Positions 43,202-52,169 of a stretch of DNA of 64,000 nt are shown piece by piece. Below the pieces are notes generated by a model. That model was not told the origin of the DNA. It saw only the letters and a program-made list of their open reading frames with translations, and searched no databases. This stretch comes from a virus: IMG/VR virus record IMGVR_UViG_3300021090_000723, positions 32,001 to 96,000 of that record; one strand, given 5' to 3'. Position 1 is the first letter of the stretch; every line of letters begins with the position of its first letter. The translations under genes and the position numbers were made by a program.

Positions 43202-43256
43202 GACCAGCCAGCGGACAGGCGCCGACCCTGTGGTGATGCTTCGCGGAAGATAGCAC
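43202..43256 (-). promoter_or_regulatory. Repeated late leader element, copy 4
   Basis: TGcTATCTT then GGGTCGGCG-cctgtc-CGCTGGCTGGTC. Confidence 0.65.
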
Positions 43257-43270
43257 CGCGCCCGGTGCGA

Positions 43271-43510
43271 TCATAGTCCGAGCTTACGCAAACCCTCGTT
43301 CACCTGGTGGGCCCAGGCCTGCCAGGTCGCGAAGCCCGTCGGGTCTGGGATACCCAGGCCGGAGAGCGCCGGGACCGTCAACAGGCTGCGCCCAAAGGCC
43401 TCCCAGTCCTCTTCGCGGGGCTCCACCGGCACGTTGCCGATCGCGGCAATGTCGAAGGCCGTGTAAGTGCCCCATTCCTCGAACGTCAGGCCTCGTGGAT
43501 CGTAGGGCAT
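43271..43510 (-). CDS. Small tail-associated protein
   Basis: DPRG.TF.EW...W...P.P..F..WQ.WA motif. Confidence 0.7.
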   Translation of the reverse strand: MPYDPRGLTFEEWGTYTAFDIAAIGNVPVEPREEDWEAFGRSLLTVPALSGLGIPDPTGFATWQAWAHQVNEGLRKLGL

Positions 43511-44107
43511 CTACTCTTCGGTGAAGTCTGAGAGCGGCGTGGACGGGATGGTCAGCGGCGGGTCGACTGGGATCGCGGTCCGGTCTGGCGGCGTGCTGAG
43601 CGGCTTGCCGGTGCCTCCCGACATCTTCTGATCGCCCGCCTCCACATGGAGCACATTGCGGCCGAAGATGTAATCGCCGTTCATCGTGTTGGACTCGAAG
43701 ATCACGCGCAGATACCGACGCGACATCTTCAAGCCCACCAGCTGCTCGTCCGAGTTGGCCGGGTCGGCCTTGAGGATCGCCGCATCGGTCGGGATATCCG
43801 ATGCGCGCGGGTTGAAGCCGCCCGAGCCGATGATGGCTATGTCACCCTGCTGGATAATGTCGGCCTCGAGCAGCCCGGCGCTGACCCCGTGCGAGTCGGG
43901 AGGGTTCGCCATTGGTCCCCCGAAAAATGGCGTCGACACATAGGCGCGGATCGGCGTTGCGCCTTCGCGGGTGATCTTGTTCTTGCCCAGTGTCTCATGC
44001 AACCACAGCTGATACTGGTTCGAGCTTGGCGGCGTAGGTCCGCTAGTCTCGTAGATGAACACGATCACGCCCTGACCGCCGATTCCGCTCTCAGCCATCA
44101 CTGCCAC
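43511..44107 (-). CDS. C-terminal part of tail tube/nozzle (P22 gp10-like) protein
   Basis: LWLHE.G, RR..RV.FESN...GDY..G motifs; in frame directly after the upstream TAG. Confidence 0.6.
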   Translation of the reverse strand: MAVMAESGIGGQGVIVFIYETSGPTPPSSNQYQLWLHETLGKNKITREGATPIRAYVSTPFFGGPMANPPDSHGVSAGLLEADIIQQGDIAIIGSGGFNPRASDIPTDAAILKADPANSDEQLVGLKMSRRYLRVIFESNTMNGDYIFGRNVLHVEAGDQKMSGGTGKPLSTPPDRTAIPVDPPLTIPSTPLSDFTEE

Positions 44108-45091
44108 CTACTGGATATCAACGAACCCGGCCCCTGCGCCGCCACCGTAGAGACCGCCGCCGCCGCCCAAGCCATCGAAGGCAAGGGGGAGACCGCCGCC
44201 ACCACCACCACCACCACCACCCGGGCCAGCCCATTCAAGTGTCTCGCTGTCCTGCCAGGTCTGGCCATCGCCGCCGTGGCCGCCGTCGACCTCGCCAACA
44301 GGTGCTTCGACCGCCGGGCTCCCGCCGCGTCCGCCGCCACCGAGCGTTCCGTTCGGGGCATCAGGACTGAGCGTTCCACCGCCGACACCTTCGCTGTTAT
44401 TGCCGCCATCGCCGGCTAAAGCATACTGGCCGGTGAGAAGAGTGGCATCGATCTGGCCATCGCCGCGGAAACTAGGCCAGCCGACGCCGTCGGGGTCCAC
44501 GATCGCGCCCCCACCGCCGCCTTGGGCCCTGCCTAAGTTGACGGGGTTAGCCTGGATCGCAAATCCGGCACATCCGGAATCGAGGGGGTTGGGGCTGTCG
44601 ACAAACTTGCGTGTTCCGCCCGCAGCGCCACCCGACAATTCCTGGTTCTCACCACCCCAGCTTACGCGCCCATCATTTGGGAGCGGCGCATGGAAGGTTT
44701 TGCCGCCACCTGTGTCTGGGCACGGCACAGGCACGGTGGTCGGGTTGAAGCCGATCCCCCAGCCGACATAGCCTGGAGGGGCAAGGATCATGAGGGCACC
44801 GTCAGCGTCCTCCATCCAGGTCTCGGCCACCGCCAAATCGGCCACGTCCTGGTCGTAGGGTTGCCCGATCTGCAAATTGACCAACGCACCCGCCTGGAGA
44901 TTGAAGCCCGCTGCGTCAGCGCCCGTGATGCCGATATAGGCTCCGCCAAAGCCGCCGTGGCCGTTATCGACACCGTTGCCGTCCAGGCCGTTCCCACCCG
45001 CGCTGATCGCGTGGATGGCGACCAGGGAACTGAAATCGGATGGGATCTCGAATTCAGTACCAGCGGTGATGATGAGTATCTTCTGGGCCAC
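44108..45091 (-). CDS. Glycine-rich tail fibre-like domain inserted in the nozzle gene
   Basis: GTG after AGAAGGA; P.D.......HAI.AGG.G and poly-Gly, paralogous to 53554..54432. Confidence 0.6.
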   Translation of the reverse strand: MAQKILIITAGTEFEIPSDFSSLVAIHAISAGGNGLDGNGVDNGHGGFGGAYIGITGADAAGFNLQAGALVNLQIGQPYDQDVADLAVAETWMEDADGALMILAPPGYVGWGIGFNPTTVPVPCPDTGGGKTFHAPLPNDGRVSWGGENQELSGGAAGGTRKFVDSPNPLDSGCAGFAIQANPVNLGRAQGGGGGAIVDPDGVGWPSFRGDGQIDATLLTGQYALAGDGGNNSEGVGGGTLSPDAPNGTLGGGGRGGSPAVEAPVGEVDGGHGGDGQTWQDSETLEWAGPGGGGGGGGGGLPLAFDGLGGGGGLYGGGAGAGFVDIQ

Positions 45092-45108
45092 AGCAAGATG
45101 ATCCTTCT

Positions 45109-46284
45109 TTATGGCGTGGGCGGAGCCATGTTCTCGACGCCGGTCATGATCGGGAAGCGGAAACCTTGGGCAAAATGTCCCGCCGAGCGACCGCCCTCGG
45201 GCAGCACCGTGTCGTACCAGCACTTCTCGCGGATGTTGTAGATGGCTGCGTGGCTCGGCTCGGTCGCGCCGAAAAGCGGTGCGCAGAACCAAATCTCGCC
45301 GTAGCGCGGGACCTTGAACGCGAACGATTTGCCCGCGTAGCTCGGGTTCAAGTTGTCGAAGAACCAGTCGGCGTTGAAGCTGTTCGGGATCTCCACCACC
45401 GTCCCGTTGAACATCAGGAAGCGATCGACGCCCGCCCAATAGTAGAGCCCGTCGTTCTCGATGACGGTGGCACCTGCCAGGATCGAGGACGACGGCGAGG
45501 CGGTGTTGAATCGGAACCACTCGGGCGGGCCGGTGAAGTTCGCGGACACGACCTCTGACAGCGACCAGAAGAGCGCAGCCGGCGAATTGGCGCCGCCGCC
45601 GCGCAGCGGCATGCCCGCCACGAACTTCTGGGCGGAGACGCGCGCGATGCCTGCGCCGATCGTGCCTCCCGAGATTCCAAGCGTGGTCGGGATGTTGGGC
45701 GCTGACCAGCCAATGCGACCGTCGCTGTCGAACGAGAACAGGAACGGCTGGACGCACACGATTCCGCCCGCGACCTGGGGCTTGGTGTAGTTGCCGCCGA
45801 AGGTGCTGGACGGGTTGCCAAGCTGCTTCAGCGGCTCGGTATCGTCCATGAGCCCGATGAAGGGCGGCGTGCGGACGTTGGTAGGAACCACGCCCACGTT
45901 CGGCGTGGAGTGCGCGATGATCTGCACGGCCTCGCTCGTGGTGTCGAAGAGTGCGTCGATGGTCCAGCCTGGCTCGATGCCGCCGATGAAGTTCGCTGGC
46001 GTGCGGTCCACGCGGCTGATGAAATTGCCTTCTAAGTCGAAGACGACCTTGTCGATGCCGTGGCTGTGCCCGATATGCCCAAAGACCTCGCGGCCCTGGT
46101 AGAACATATGGATGCGGCGGCCGATGCCCCCGATCCCGTCCGTGATGGTCCGGTAGCCGCCCATCTTGCGCGGCCGCCCGTTGCGCCAGCGCGTCCACTG
46201 GGCATCGACCGAGCACTTGGAGTCCACGCGCGTCCCATCGCGTTGCACTCCGGGCTGGAAATCAAGCGGGTATGGTCGGCTCAT
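45109..46284 (-). CDS. N-terminal part of tail tube/nozzle (P22 gp10-like stabilization) protein
   Basis: PGVQRDGT, W.RW..GRPRKMGG, YW.GVDRF..FNG.V, KVPRYGEIWF, IYN.RE..WYD. Confidence 0.72.
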   Translation of the reverse strand: MSRPYPLDFQPGVQRDGTRVDSKCSVDAQWTRWRNGRPRKMGGYRTITDGIGGIGRRIHMFYQGREVFGHIGHSHGIDKVVFDLEGNFISRVDRTPANFIGGIEPGWTIDALFDTTSEAVQIIAHSTPNVGVVPTNVRTPPFIGLMDDTEPLKQLGNPSSTFGGNYTKPQVAGGIVCVQPFLFSFDSDGRIGWSAPNIPTTLGISGGTIGAGIARVSAQKFVAGMPLRGGGANSPAALFWSLSEVVSANFTGPPEWFRFNTASPSSSILAGATVIENDGLYYWAGVDRFLMFNGTVVEIPNSFNADWFFDNLNPSYAGKSFAFKVPRYGEIWFCAPLFGATEPSHAAIYNIREKCWYDTVLPEGGRSAGHFAQGFRFPIMTGVENMAPPTP

Positions 46285-48824
46285 AGGTTGTCCGTCCAGC
46301 CGTAGCACATCAGTGCGTTGTTCGCGCCTTGCGATGCCCAGTAGAGGTCGCCCGATTCGAGCATGAACGTGACTGTGTCGGTGACCGTGTTGGACGAACC
46401 CGGGCTCGCCAGGTCGATCTGCGGAGCGCCCAGTGGGTTGGAGAACGCGCCGCCATAGGTGCTGTTCGGCGCGACGATCACAAGCCCGTTGGTCCCGGTG
46501 GCCTGGGCAACAACGGTGACCTCACTCGCGGTCGGAGGCGCGAAGTTGGACGTCGACACCGGTATCCAGTTCGGGATGGAGATCGAGCCCGCATCGCCGG
46601 TCGCCATGGCTTGCAGCGCTTCGGTGTACCGCCCCTGTCGGCCGTATTGCAGGGTGCGCCGGAATTGAGCAGATCCGTTTGTCCGCACCGCGCCGACGCG
46701 GCCGAAGAACGTGTAGCCGGCGGGAAGTGTGGGCGTGGAGAAGTTGGTCGAGATCAGGCCCGCCGTCGTGGTCCCGTCCGAGATCACGTAGACCGCGTAC
46801 CAGGTGTTGTTGCCGAGCGAGCCAGCGTCCAGACCATTGGGCACGCCCACGGCGAGCCCGTTGATGGTGACCGCGACGTTCGTCCGGATCAGCACCGGGC
46901 TTCCGCTCACCGGGGCAACGCCCACCGATTCCGCGCTGACATCGATCTGGGATGCGGGCGTGCCGGAGTTGTTCGCGACCCGCAGGCGTGTGAACGAGCT
47001 CCGCGCGCCGCCGCCACCACCGGTCGAGCCAGCGAAGGCCGGATTCATAAATTCCCAGCGGGTGTTGGCGAAGTCGTAGCGCAGGATCGCCTCGTACCCA
47101 GCAGCGGCAATGTCGCCCACCACAAGCGGCTGGCCGCCCAGCTTCACGATGGGATTCGCGGTGAGCGCGTTCGGCTGGAACGTCGGGGCGACGACGGTGT
47201 TGGCGCCGATTGCTCGGAAGCTCAGGAGCAGGCCATCGGTCAGAGCCGCGATGGCGGGGCTGTAGGCGCCGCTGATGACGTCTGGTGTGCCGCCCGCGAT
47301 GACCCAAGGGATGCCGCCGCCAGCGCCGCCGCCTGACGCCGGATTCATAAGCTCCCAGCGGGTGTTGGCCAGGTTGTAGCGCAGGATCGCTTCGAAGCCA
47401 GCGCCCGAGATATCGCCCGCTGCGAGCGCGATGCCGCCCAGCTTGGTGATGACTTGCGCGCCCAGCACATTGGGATTGAACGTGGGCGTGGCCGTGACGT
47501 TCGCTGAGATCGCCCGGAAATACAGCAGCAGGCCGTCCACCAGCGCGGCAACAGGCGGGTCGTAGGTCGCCGTGATGGCATCCGGCGTGCCGCCCGCGAC
47601 TACCCAAACGCCTGCGGAATTGTCGAGAAAGAAGGTCCACCAGGTGCCGTTCGGCGATGCGCCATCGGTCACGATCAGCGCGGACGCACCTTGCTTGATG
47701 ACCAGCGGCGCGGCGAGCGCCCCGGTGTTGATCTGGTCAGCAGCCGGCGGCTGAATCGTCACATCGCCGCCCTGGGCGAGCACACCGATGAAGTAGTCGG
47801 CGCCGACCGTTCCGGCCTCGGGCAGGTTGATGGTCAGCGCGGCCGTGGCGACATACATCGTGCCGGCGTTGGTATCGTCGAGGGTCTGGTCCGTCGCGAC
47901 CGTGCTTTCAACCAGCAGGCTTTGCTGGATGCCGAGCAGCGTCAGGACCGCGGCGGCCGACGGTGCGGTGAAGATCGCAATGCCGATGGCCGTTCCGCCG
48001 AAGTTCGTCAGCGCGCCCAGCGCCGTGGTGGCGCCGGTGCCACCGGCCGAGATCGGGACCGGGATGGGCTGCGCGCCGAAGACGTGGAAGCCCGTCGATG
48101 AGGCGACGATGATCGCGGTGTAGCGCAGATCCGTGGTCGCGGGCGGGAGCGTGAACGACGGCAGGCCCTGGTTGATCGTGTCAGCGCCGGAGGCGTCGAT
48201 GGTCAGAACGCCGTCGGATTCGTTGGTGACCATCGCCCACCAGCCGGGCTTGAGCGTGCTCGAGGTCCCATCCCCGATAGCTGAAAGCTGGAAGGTGTGA
48301 TCGTTCGGACCAGTGAGCACCGCGGCGTTGGCGCGGTGCGTCTCGGTCAGCGTCAGGTCCTCGTCAGCTGCGAAGACGGTGGCGATCTTGGACCGGAGCA
48401 GCGTGAGGTTCGCTTCGAGCCCCGCGCCAGCGAGCGCGCCGGCTTGCGCGTCCGACGTCATGGCGCCCAGCTGCACCACGCGCCACAGGCCCGCCTGCGT
48501 CGTGTTGTCGGTCAGCAGGATGACCCAGGCGGTGCCCGGATCGACCATCGTGATCTGCGCGCCGGAGTTGTCCTGAAGCTCGAAGGAGTCCGTGCCGATG
48601 TTCGCGATGATGAGCGAGATACCGGTTGCGGCCTGGCGCGCATCGGGCATGCGGATGAAGTCGCAGTCCGTCGAGTCCACGTCGATCCAGTCGGCCACAT
48701 AGGGCACGCCGGACTGGCTCTCGGTCGGCCAGACCAGCGTCACATCGCCCGTCGGCTCGATGAGTTCGTACTCGGGGAAGGCTGAACGCTGGGCAAGTCC
48801 CGAGAAGAGGTTCTGCCAACTCAT
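46281..48824 (-). CDS. Tail fibre/spike protein
   Basis: 847 aa, Ala/Gly/Thr-rich; GGTGATT motif; internal 100-aa duplication. Confidence 0.8.
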   Translation of the reverse strand: MSWQNLFSGLAQRSAFPEYELIEPTGDVTLVWPTESQSGVPYVADWIDVDSTDCDFIRMPDARQAATGISLIIANIGTDSFELQDNSGAQITMVDPGTAWVILLTDNTTQAGLWRVVQLGAMTSDAQAGALAGAGLEANLTLLRSKIATVFAADEDLTLTETHRANAAVLTGPNDHTFQLSAIGDGTSSTLKPGWWAMVTNESDGVLTIDASGADTINQGLPSFTLPPATTDLRYTAIIVASSTGFHVFGAQPIPVPISAGGTGATTALGALTNFGGTAIGIAIFTAPSAAAVLTLLGIQQSLLVESTVATDQTLDDTNAGTMYVATAALTINLPEAGTVGADYFIGVLAQGGDVTIQPPAADQINTGALAAPLVIKQGASALIVTDGASPNGTWWTFFLDNSAGVWVVAGGTPDAITATYDPPVAALVDGLLLYFRAISANVTATPTFNPNVLGAQVITKLGGIALAAGDISGAGFEAILRYNLANTRWELMNPASGGGAGGGIPWVIAGGTPDVISGAYSPAIAALTDGLLLSFRAIGANTVVAPTFQPNALTANPIVKLGGQPLVVGDIAAAGYEAILRYDFANTRWEFMNPAFAGSTGGGGGARSSFTRLRVANNSGTPASQIDVSAESVGVAPVSGSPVLIRTNVAVTINGLAVGVPNGLDAGSLGNNTWYAVYVISDGTTTAGLISTNFSTPTLPAGYTFFGRVGAVRTNGSAQFRRTLQYGRQGRYTEALQAMATGDAGSISIPNWIPVSTSNFAPPTASEVTVVAQATGTNGLVIVAPNSTYGGAFSNPLGAPQIDLASPGSSNTVTDTVTFMLESGDLYWASQGANNALMCYGWTDNL
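47037..47610. repeat. Tandem domain duplication in tail fibre (300-nt period)
   Basis: GGATTCATAA..TCCCAGCGGGTGTTGGC at 47041 and 47341; WV.AGGTPD...ANTRWE.MNPA twice. Confidence 0.85.
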
Positions 48825-49480
48825 GGCTTGGTCCTTTCAACCGCGCGATCGAGGATGCGCTGGAGATCCTGGCCGTTCAGAAGCCCAAGGGCCTCGTTGA
48901 ACTTCTTCTCCCAGACCGGGATTCGCTCATCGTTCTTGAGGTACGGGGCGGCTTCGAGCAGCGCCCCATAGAGCAGCGCGTTGGGGGTGTAGATCGCGTA
49001 GAAGTTCGTTTCGTTCTGTTCGTCCAGCAGCTGCGGCTGCATGTAGAAGACGCCGAGCATCGGATAGGTCGCCTGGGGCGTCGGCACGATCAGGTAGTGC
49101 TGATAGTCGTAGTCCGCGTAGAACTCCGGCACGCCGACCGCCGTCTGGTCGGGCCAATACATCTGGCAATACTCCAGCGAGCGCGGGAAAAGCGGGTTGA
49201 GCGTGTTGGCGCCCGTGCCCGTGCCGAACTTCAGCGAGACCGTCTGCCGCCACCGGTCGGGCTTGGTGATGATCGCCTGATTTATGACCAGGCCGGACAG
49301 GTCGCGCAGCACTTCGATCTGGCCGAGCAGCTTCAGCCGGTCGGAAATGTTGCGCTCGCTCGCGTTGATGAGACGCGGGATCTGGGCAAAGACCTCAGGG
49401 TCCGACGTGGCCGAGCCGCCGCGCTCCAGATACGTCTTCATGTCCGTCCGCAGACTGTTGAATGTGGTCGTTTCAGGCAT
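48821..49480 (-). CDS. Head-tail adaptor protein
   Basis: IP.LI..SER.I...LK, G.P.FYADY, PTP...Y, LLYG.L.EA.PYLKNDERI.VW. Confidence 0.75.
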   Translation of the reverse strand: MPETTTFNSLRTDMKTYLERGGSATSDPEVFAQIPRLINASERNISDRLKLLGQIEVLRDLSGLVINQAIITKPDRWRQTVSLKFGTGTGANTLNPLFPRSLEYCQMYWPDQTAVGVPEFYADYDYQHYLIVPTPQATYPMLGVFYMQPQLLDEQNETNFYAIYTPNALLYGALLEAAPYLKNDERIPVWEKKFNEALGLLNGQDLQRILDRAVERTKP

Positions 49481-49487
49481 GGCTCAC

Positions 49488-49676
49488 CTACTTCAGCGCG
49501 ATCGAGTCTTGGCTCGATCCGCCGATGGTCATCAGCTTGAGCGGCGGCGGCCGCTCGGGACGCGCCTCGAACTGCGCAAAGACGGCGGTGGGCAGCTGAC
49601 GCCGCCTGAACAGGTGCGGCGGGTTCATCGTGCCGAACGGGCCTGCGGCGACGGCGTCTTCCGGGGGTGTGGCCAT
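49488..49676 (-). CDS. Hypothetical protein (start MATPPE)
   Basis: TGATG-coupled. Confidence 0.5.
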   Translation of the reverse strand: MATPPEDAVAAGPFGTMNPPHLFRRRQLPTAVFAQFEARPERPPPLKLMTIGGSSQDSIALK

Positions 49677-50182
49677 CAGGGCTCTCCAGCGGTGAAGTAG
49701 ACGCCGGTCGCGCGCGGCCACTCGGGCGGGTCGTCTCCGCTCCACCCGTCCTCGAGGACCACGATCCACGGCTGGGGCAACGTCGTGTTCTCCGAGTTCG
49801 GGTCCTGCGGCACGATGGTGTCGCCCTTCCGGTAGAAGGTGCGCGGTTGCCACACGCGCGCGGGGCGCAGCTGCGTGATCGGCGCGCCACCCACGGCCGA
49901 GACGTTGTTAACGATCGGGTTCAGCTGGTTCGTGCCGTAGAGGGGCGTCGGGCCCAGGTCGGCGATCCCCACGTCCGGGCGCGGATGGTCGAGGCTGATG
50001 TCCTCGGTCTGGCGCGCCGGCAGACGCCACGGGTCGAACTGATCCTTGTCGTCCTTGCAGACGAACAGGCCCGGGATGTTCGGGTCCTCTTCGAGTTCGT
50101 CGTAGGGGAATTTTTGCGAGCAGCGGCCGCAGATCGCGATTGCAATCTTGGTGCGTCCCCTTGTGTCGATAAATTTCGGCAT
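49676..50182 (-). CDS. Virion morphogenesis protein with CxxC
   Basis: AIC.RC..KFPY..L..DPN.PGL.VC...D.FDP...I.L..PRPD; C-terminal W.P.T.Y..GD module. Confidence 0.7.
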   Translation of the reverse strand: MPKFIDTRGRTKIAIAICGRCSQKFPYDELEEDPNIPGLFVCKDDKDQFDPWRLPARQTEDISLDHPRPDVGIADLGPTPLYGTNQLNPIVNNVSAVGGAPITQLRPARVWQPRTFYRKGDTIVPQDPNSENTTLPQPWIVVLEDGWSGDDPPEWPRATGVYFTAGEP

Positions 50183-50185
50183 CGC

Positions 50186-51304
50186 TCACCTCGTGTAAGG
50201 CGAGATATCCGGCGTGATCCGGATCGGCGCCTTCGTGCGCTCTTCCGACCAAGCCAGCATCCGGGCTTCCTTGGCCCGGCGTTCGCACAGGTCCAGGCGC
50301 TGCTTGCGCTCCGCGAGCCTCAGCTGGGTCAGTTCGGGCGGATCGGCGAGCAGGATGTTGGCCGGGATCTCGGACATGATCTTCTCGGCCAAGGTCCACT
50401 GGACGCACTCGATCCAGCGCCGCGGGATTTCCAGATCGTCCCGTAAAGTGCCTGGGTCCTGGATGTAGCGCCGGGTCAGGGCGGTGACCGTGCCCGCGTA
50501 GAAGGCCGAATTGTCCGGCACACCCCAGATTTTCAGGATCGGGCCATCGATGCCGTCGGTGATCTGGCGGTCCACATAGGCCACGACCGGCCGGTTGGAC
50601 TGCTGGGCCTTGTTCGGCAGGGTGAAGTAGTCATCGATGTTCTCGACGCCGAGCGGGGTATCGATGCCGTTCGCCAGGCCGAACTGCATGTGGTTGATCG
50701 CGATCGTGCCGATGCCGGTGTAGTTCACCCGCACGTACTGGGCCTGGGTGGAGGGATCGAGGTCGAAATACGCCCAATGCCCCGGGGTGAAGGTGGTTTC
50801 CGGAAGCAGCTGGCTGGTCGTCCAGGTGACCCCGTCCTCCGAGGTCTGGACCTGGAAGGCTGTCACCACGTCGACCGAGCCGCCCAGCAGGATACCGATG
50901 GTGTTCAGTATGCTGACCGTCGTGAAGTCGACCGAGACAAAGCTGGTGTTAACGTCGGGCCCATCCTCCGCTGCGAAGAGCGTCGAGTTCGGCCCGCCCG
51001 AGACGGTGCACACCCCACGGTACGGGTTGAAGGACCGCCAATAGGACTGGAGCACGTCCACGACGCCGCGCGGGAAGATGACATTGGGCGACCCGGGCGT
51101 GATGCCGAGCAGCAGGTATTGCCGCGTCCAAAGCGGGAAGCCTGCGTTGATGAGGTCGGTGCACAGCGAATAGAGCAGATCCAGGGCGATCGTCATGCCC
51201 TCGCTGGTGATCTTCTGGACCTCATAGCCCGCGCGCATGAAGGCGTGATCCATGATCTTGCGGATCGGATACGGGTGCGCGCTGACCGTGCCGGAGGTGG
51301 CCAT
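50186..51304 (-). CDS. Head-tail connector protein with inserted discoidin-like domain (start MATSGT)
   Basis: MATSGT, N.G..LW, DY..LPNK....RP, IQD.G.....IP.RW, EER...PI...P.ISPYT. Confidence 0.72.
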   Translation of the reverse strand: MATSGTVSAHPYPIRKIMDHAFMRAGYEVQKITSEGMTIALDLLYSLCTDLINAGFPLWTRQYLLLGITPGSPNVIFPRGVVDVLQSYWRSFNPYRGVCTVSGGPNSTLFAAEDGPDVNTSFVSVDFTTVSILNTIGILLGGSVDVVTAFQVQTSEDGVTWTTSQLLPETTFTPGHWAYFDLDPSTQAQYVRVNYTGIGTIAINHMQFGLANGIDTPLGVENIDDYFTLPNKAQQSNRPVVAYVDRQITDGIDGPILKIWGVPDNSAFYAGTVTALTRRYIQDPGTLRDDLEIPRRWIECVQWTLAEKIMSEIPANILLADPPELTQLRLAERKQRLDLCERRAKEARMLAWSEERTKAPIRITPDISPYTR

Positions 51305-51308
51305 CAGG

Positions 51309-51881
51309 TCACCATTTGCAGGACGGCTTGTCGACCGAGCCACCGTGCGAGAAGCGCTTCGGCAGCGCCTCGGCGGGCGTGGACGGCGGACGGCGGCCCT
51401 GCTCGCGGGCCTTCTCGCCGATCGCGCGCGCCTTCTGCCCCTCGGCCTCGAACTGATCGAGCCGCCGGTGGTGGCGCTCGGGCTGGGTCTGGACGCCACG
51501 GCGCCGGCCCTTCGGGTTCAGCACGCCTTTGCCTGGCGACGGCATTTCGTCCCAGGTCTCGTAGAAGTTGTCGATGTCCTCGGTGCGTTCGCGCGCGCTT
51601 TGCGGACCAGGCCGCACGGCTGCATCGCCGCGCGCCGAGATCATGTTCATCCGCTCTTGCGCCTCTTCGCGCAGATCGTCCTCGGTGCGGCTGACCGAGC
51701 CGCCCTTGGCCAGGTGCTGAAGCTTCTTCGTGCGCTCAGGGAGCCGCGACACCTTCTGGCCGTGCGATTCCTTCACGAACTTCTTGGCGACTTTCGGGCT
51801 GATCTTCAGGCGCTCGGCGACCTCGGGGTCAGCCGCGGCGGCGTGCATAAAGCGGTTTTGTGCCTTGGAGCGCATGGGCAT
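51309..51881 (-). CDS. Small basic virion-associated protein with xxGGxV motifs
   Basis: AGGAG RBS; MP..SKAQ.RFM.AAA.DP..A....I...VAK.F; AKGGSV, SHGGSV. Confidence 0.7.
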   Translation of the reverse strand: MPMRSKAQNRFMHAAAADPEVAERLKISPKVAKKFVKESHGQKVSRLPERTKKLQHLAKGGSVSRTEDDLREEAQERMNMISARGDAAVRPGPQSARERTEDIDNFYETWDEMPSPGKGVLNPKGRRRGVQTQPERHHRRLDQFEAEGQKARAIGEKAREQGRRPPSTPAEALPKRFSHGGSVDKPSCKW

Positions 51882-51900
51882 TGGCTGATCTCCTGATTGC

Positions 51901-51943
51901 GACCAGCCAGCGGGCAACGCGCCGACCCAGACTCACTGTAACA
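51901..51943 (-). promoter_or_regulatory. Repeated late leader element, copy 5
   Basis: TGtTACAGT then GGGTCGGCG-cgttgcc-CGCTGGCTGGTC. Confidence 0.65.
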
Positions 51944-51947
51944 CGGC

Positions 51948-52169
51948 TTAGTCGGTTGTGTCGTCCGCGCGCGGATGTTCGGTGATCGGCTCGGCGGGCA
52001 ACGGCTCATCGGGCACATTCGGGTCGTTCTGAAGGCGCCCGATCTGTCGCGAAGCCTTACCCAGAAAGAACGCGACCGACGCGCAACCCTCGCCGCCATC
52101 GGCCTCGTACATGCGGGCCCACTCCTCGAGCGCGTGGCGGTGAGCCCGCATAATCTCCGGCGTCATCAA
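51948..52169 (-). CDS. Hypothetical protein
   Basis: Coupled to upstream stop. Confidence 0.55.
   Translation of the reverse strand: MMTPEIMRAHRHALEEWARMYEADGGEGCASVAFFLGKASRQIGRLQNDPNVPDEPLPAEPITEHPRADDTTD

Noticed and set aside
47037-47610. Tail-fibre repeats as a DGR template/variable pair
   Set aside because: Both copies are in-frame coding, differences are not adenine-specific, and no reverse transcriptase is in the window
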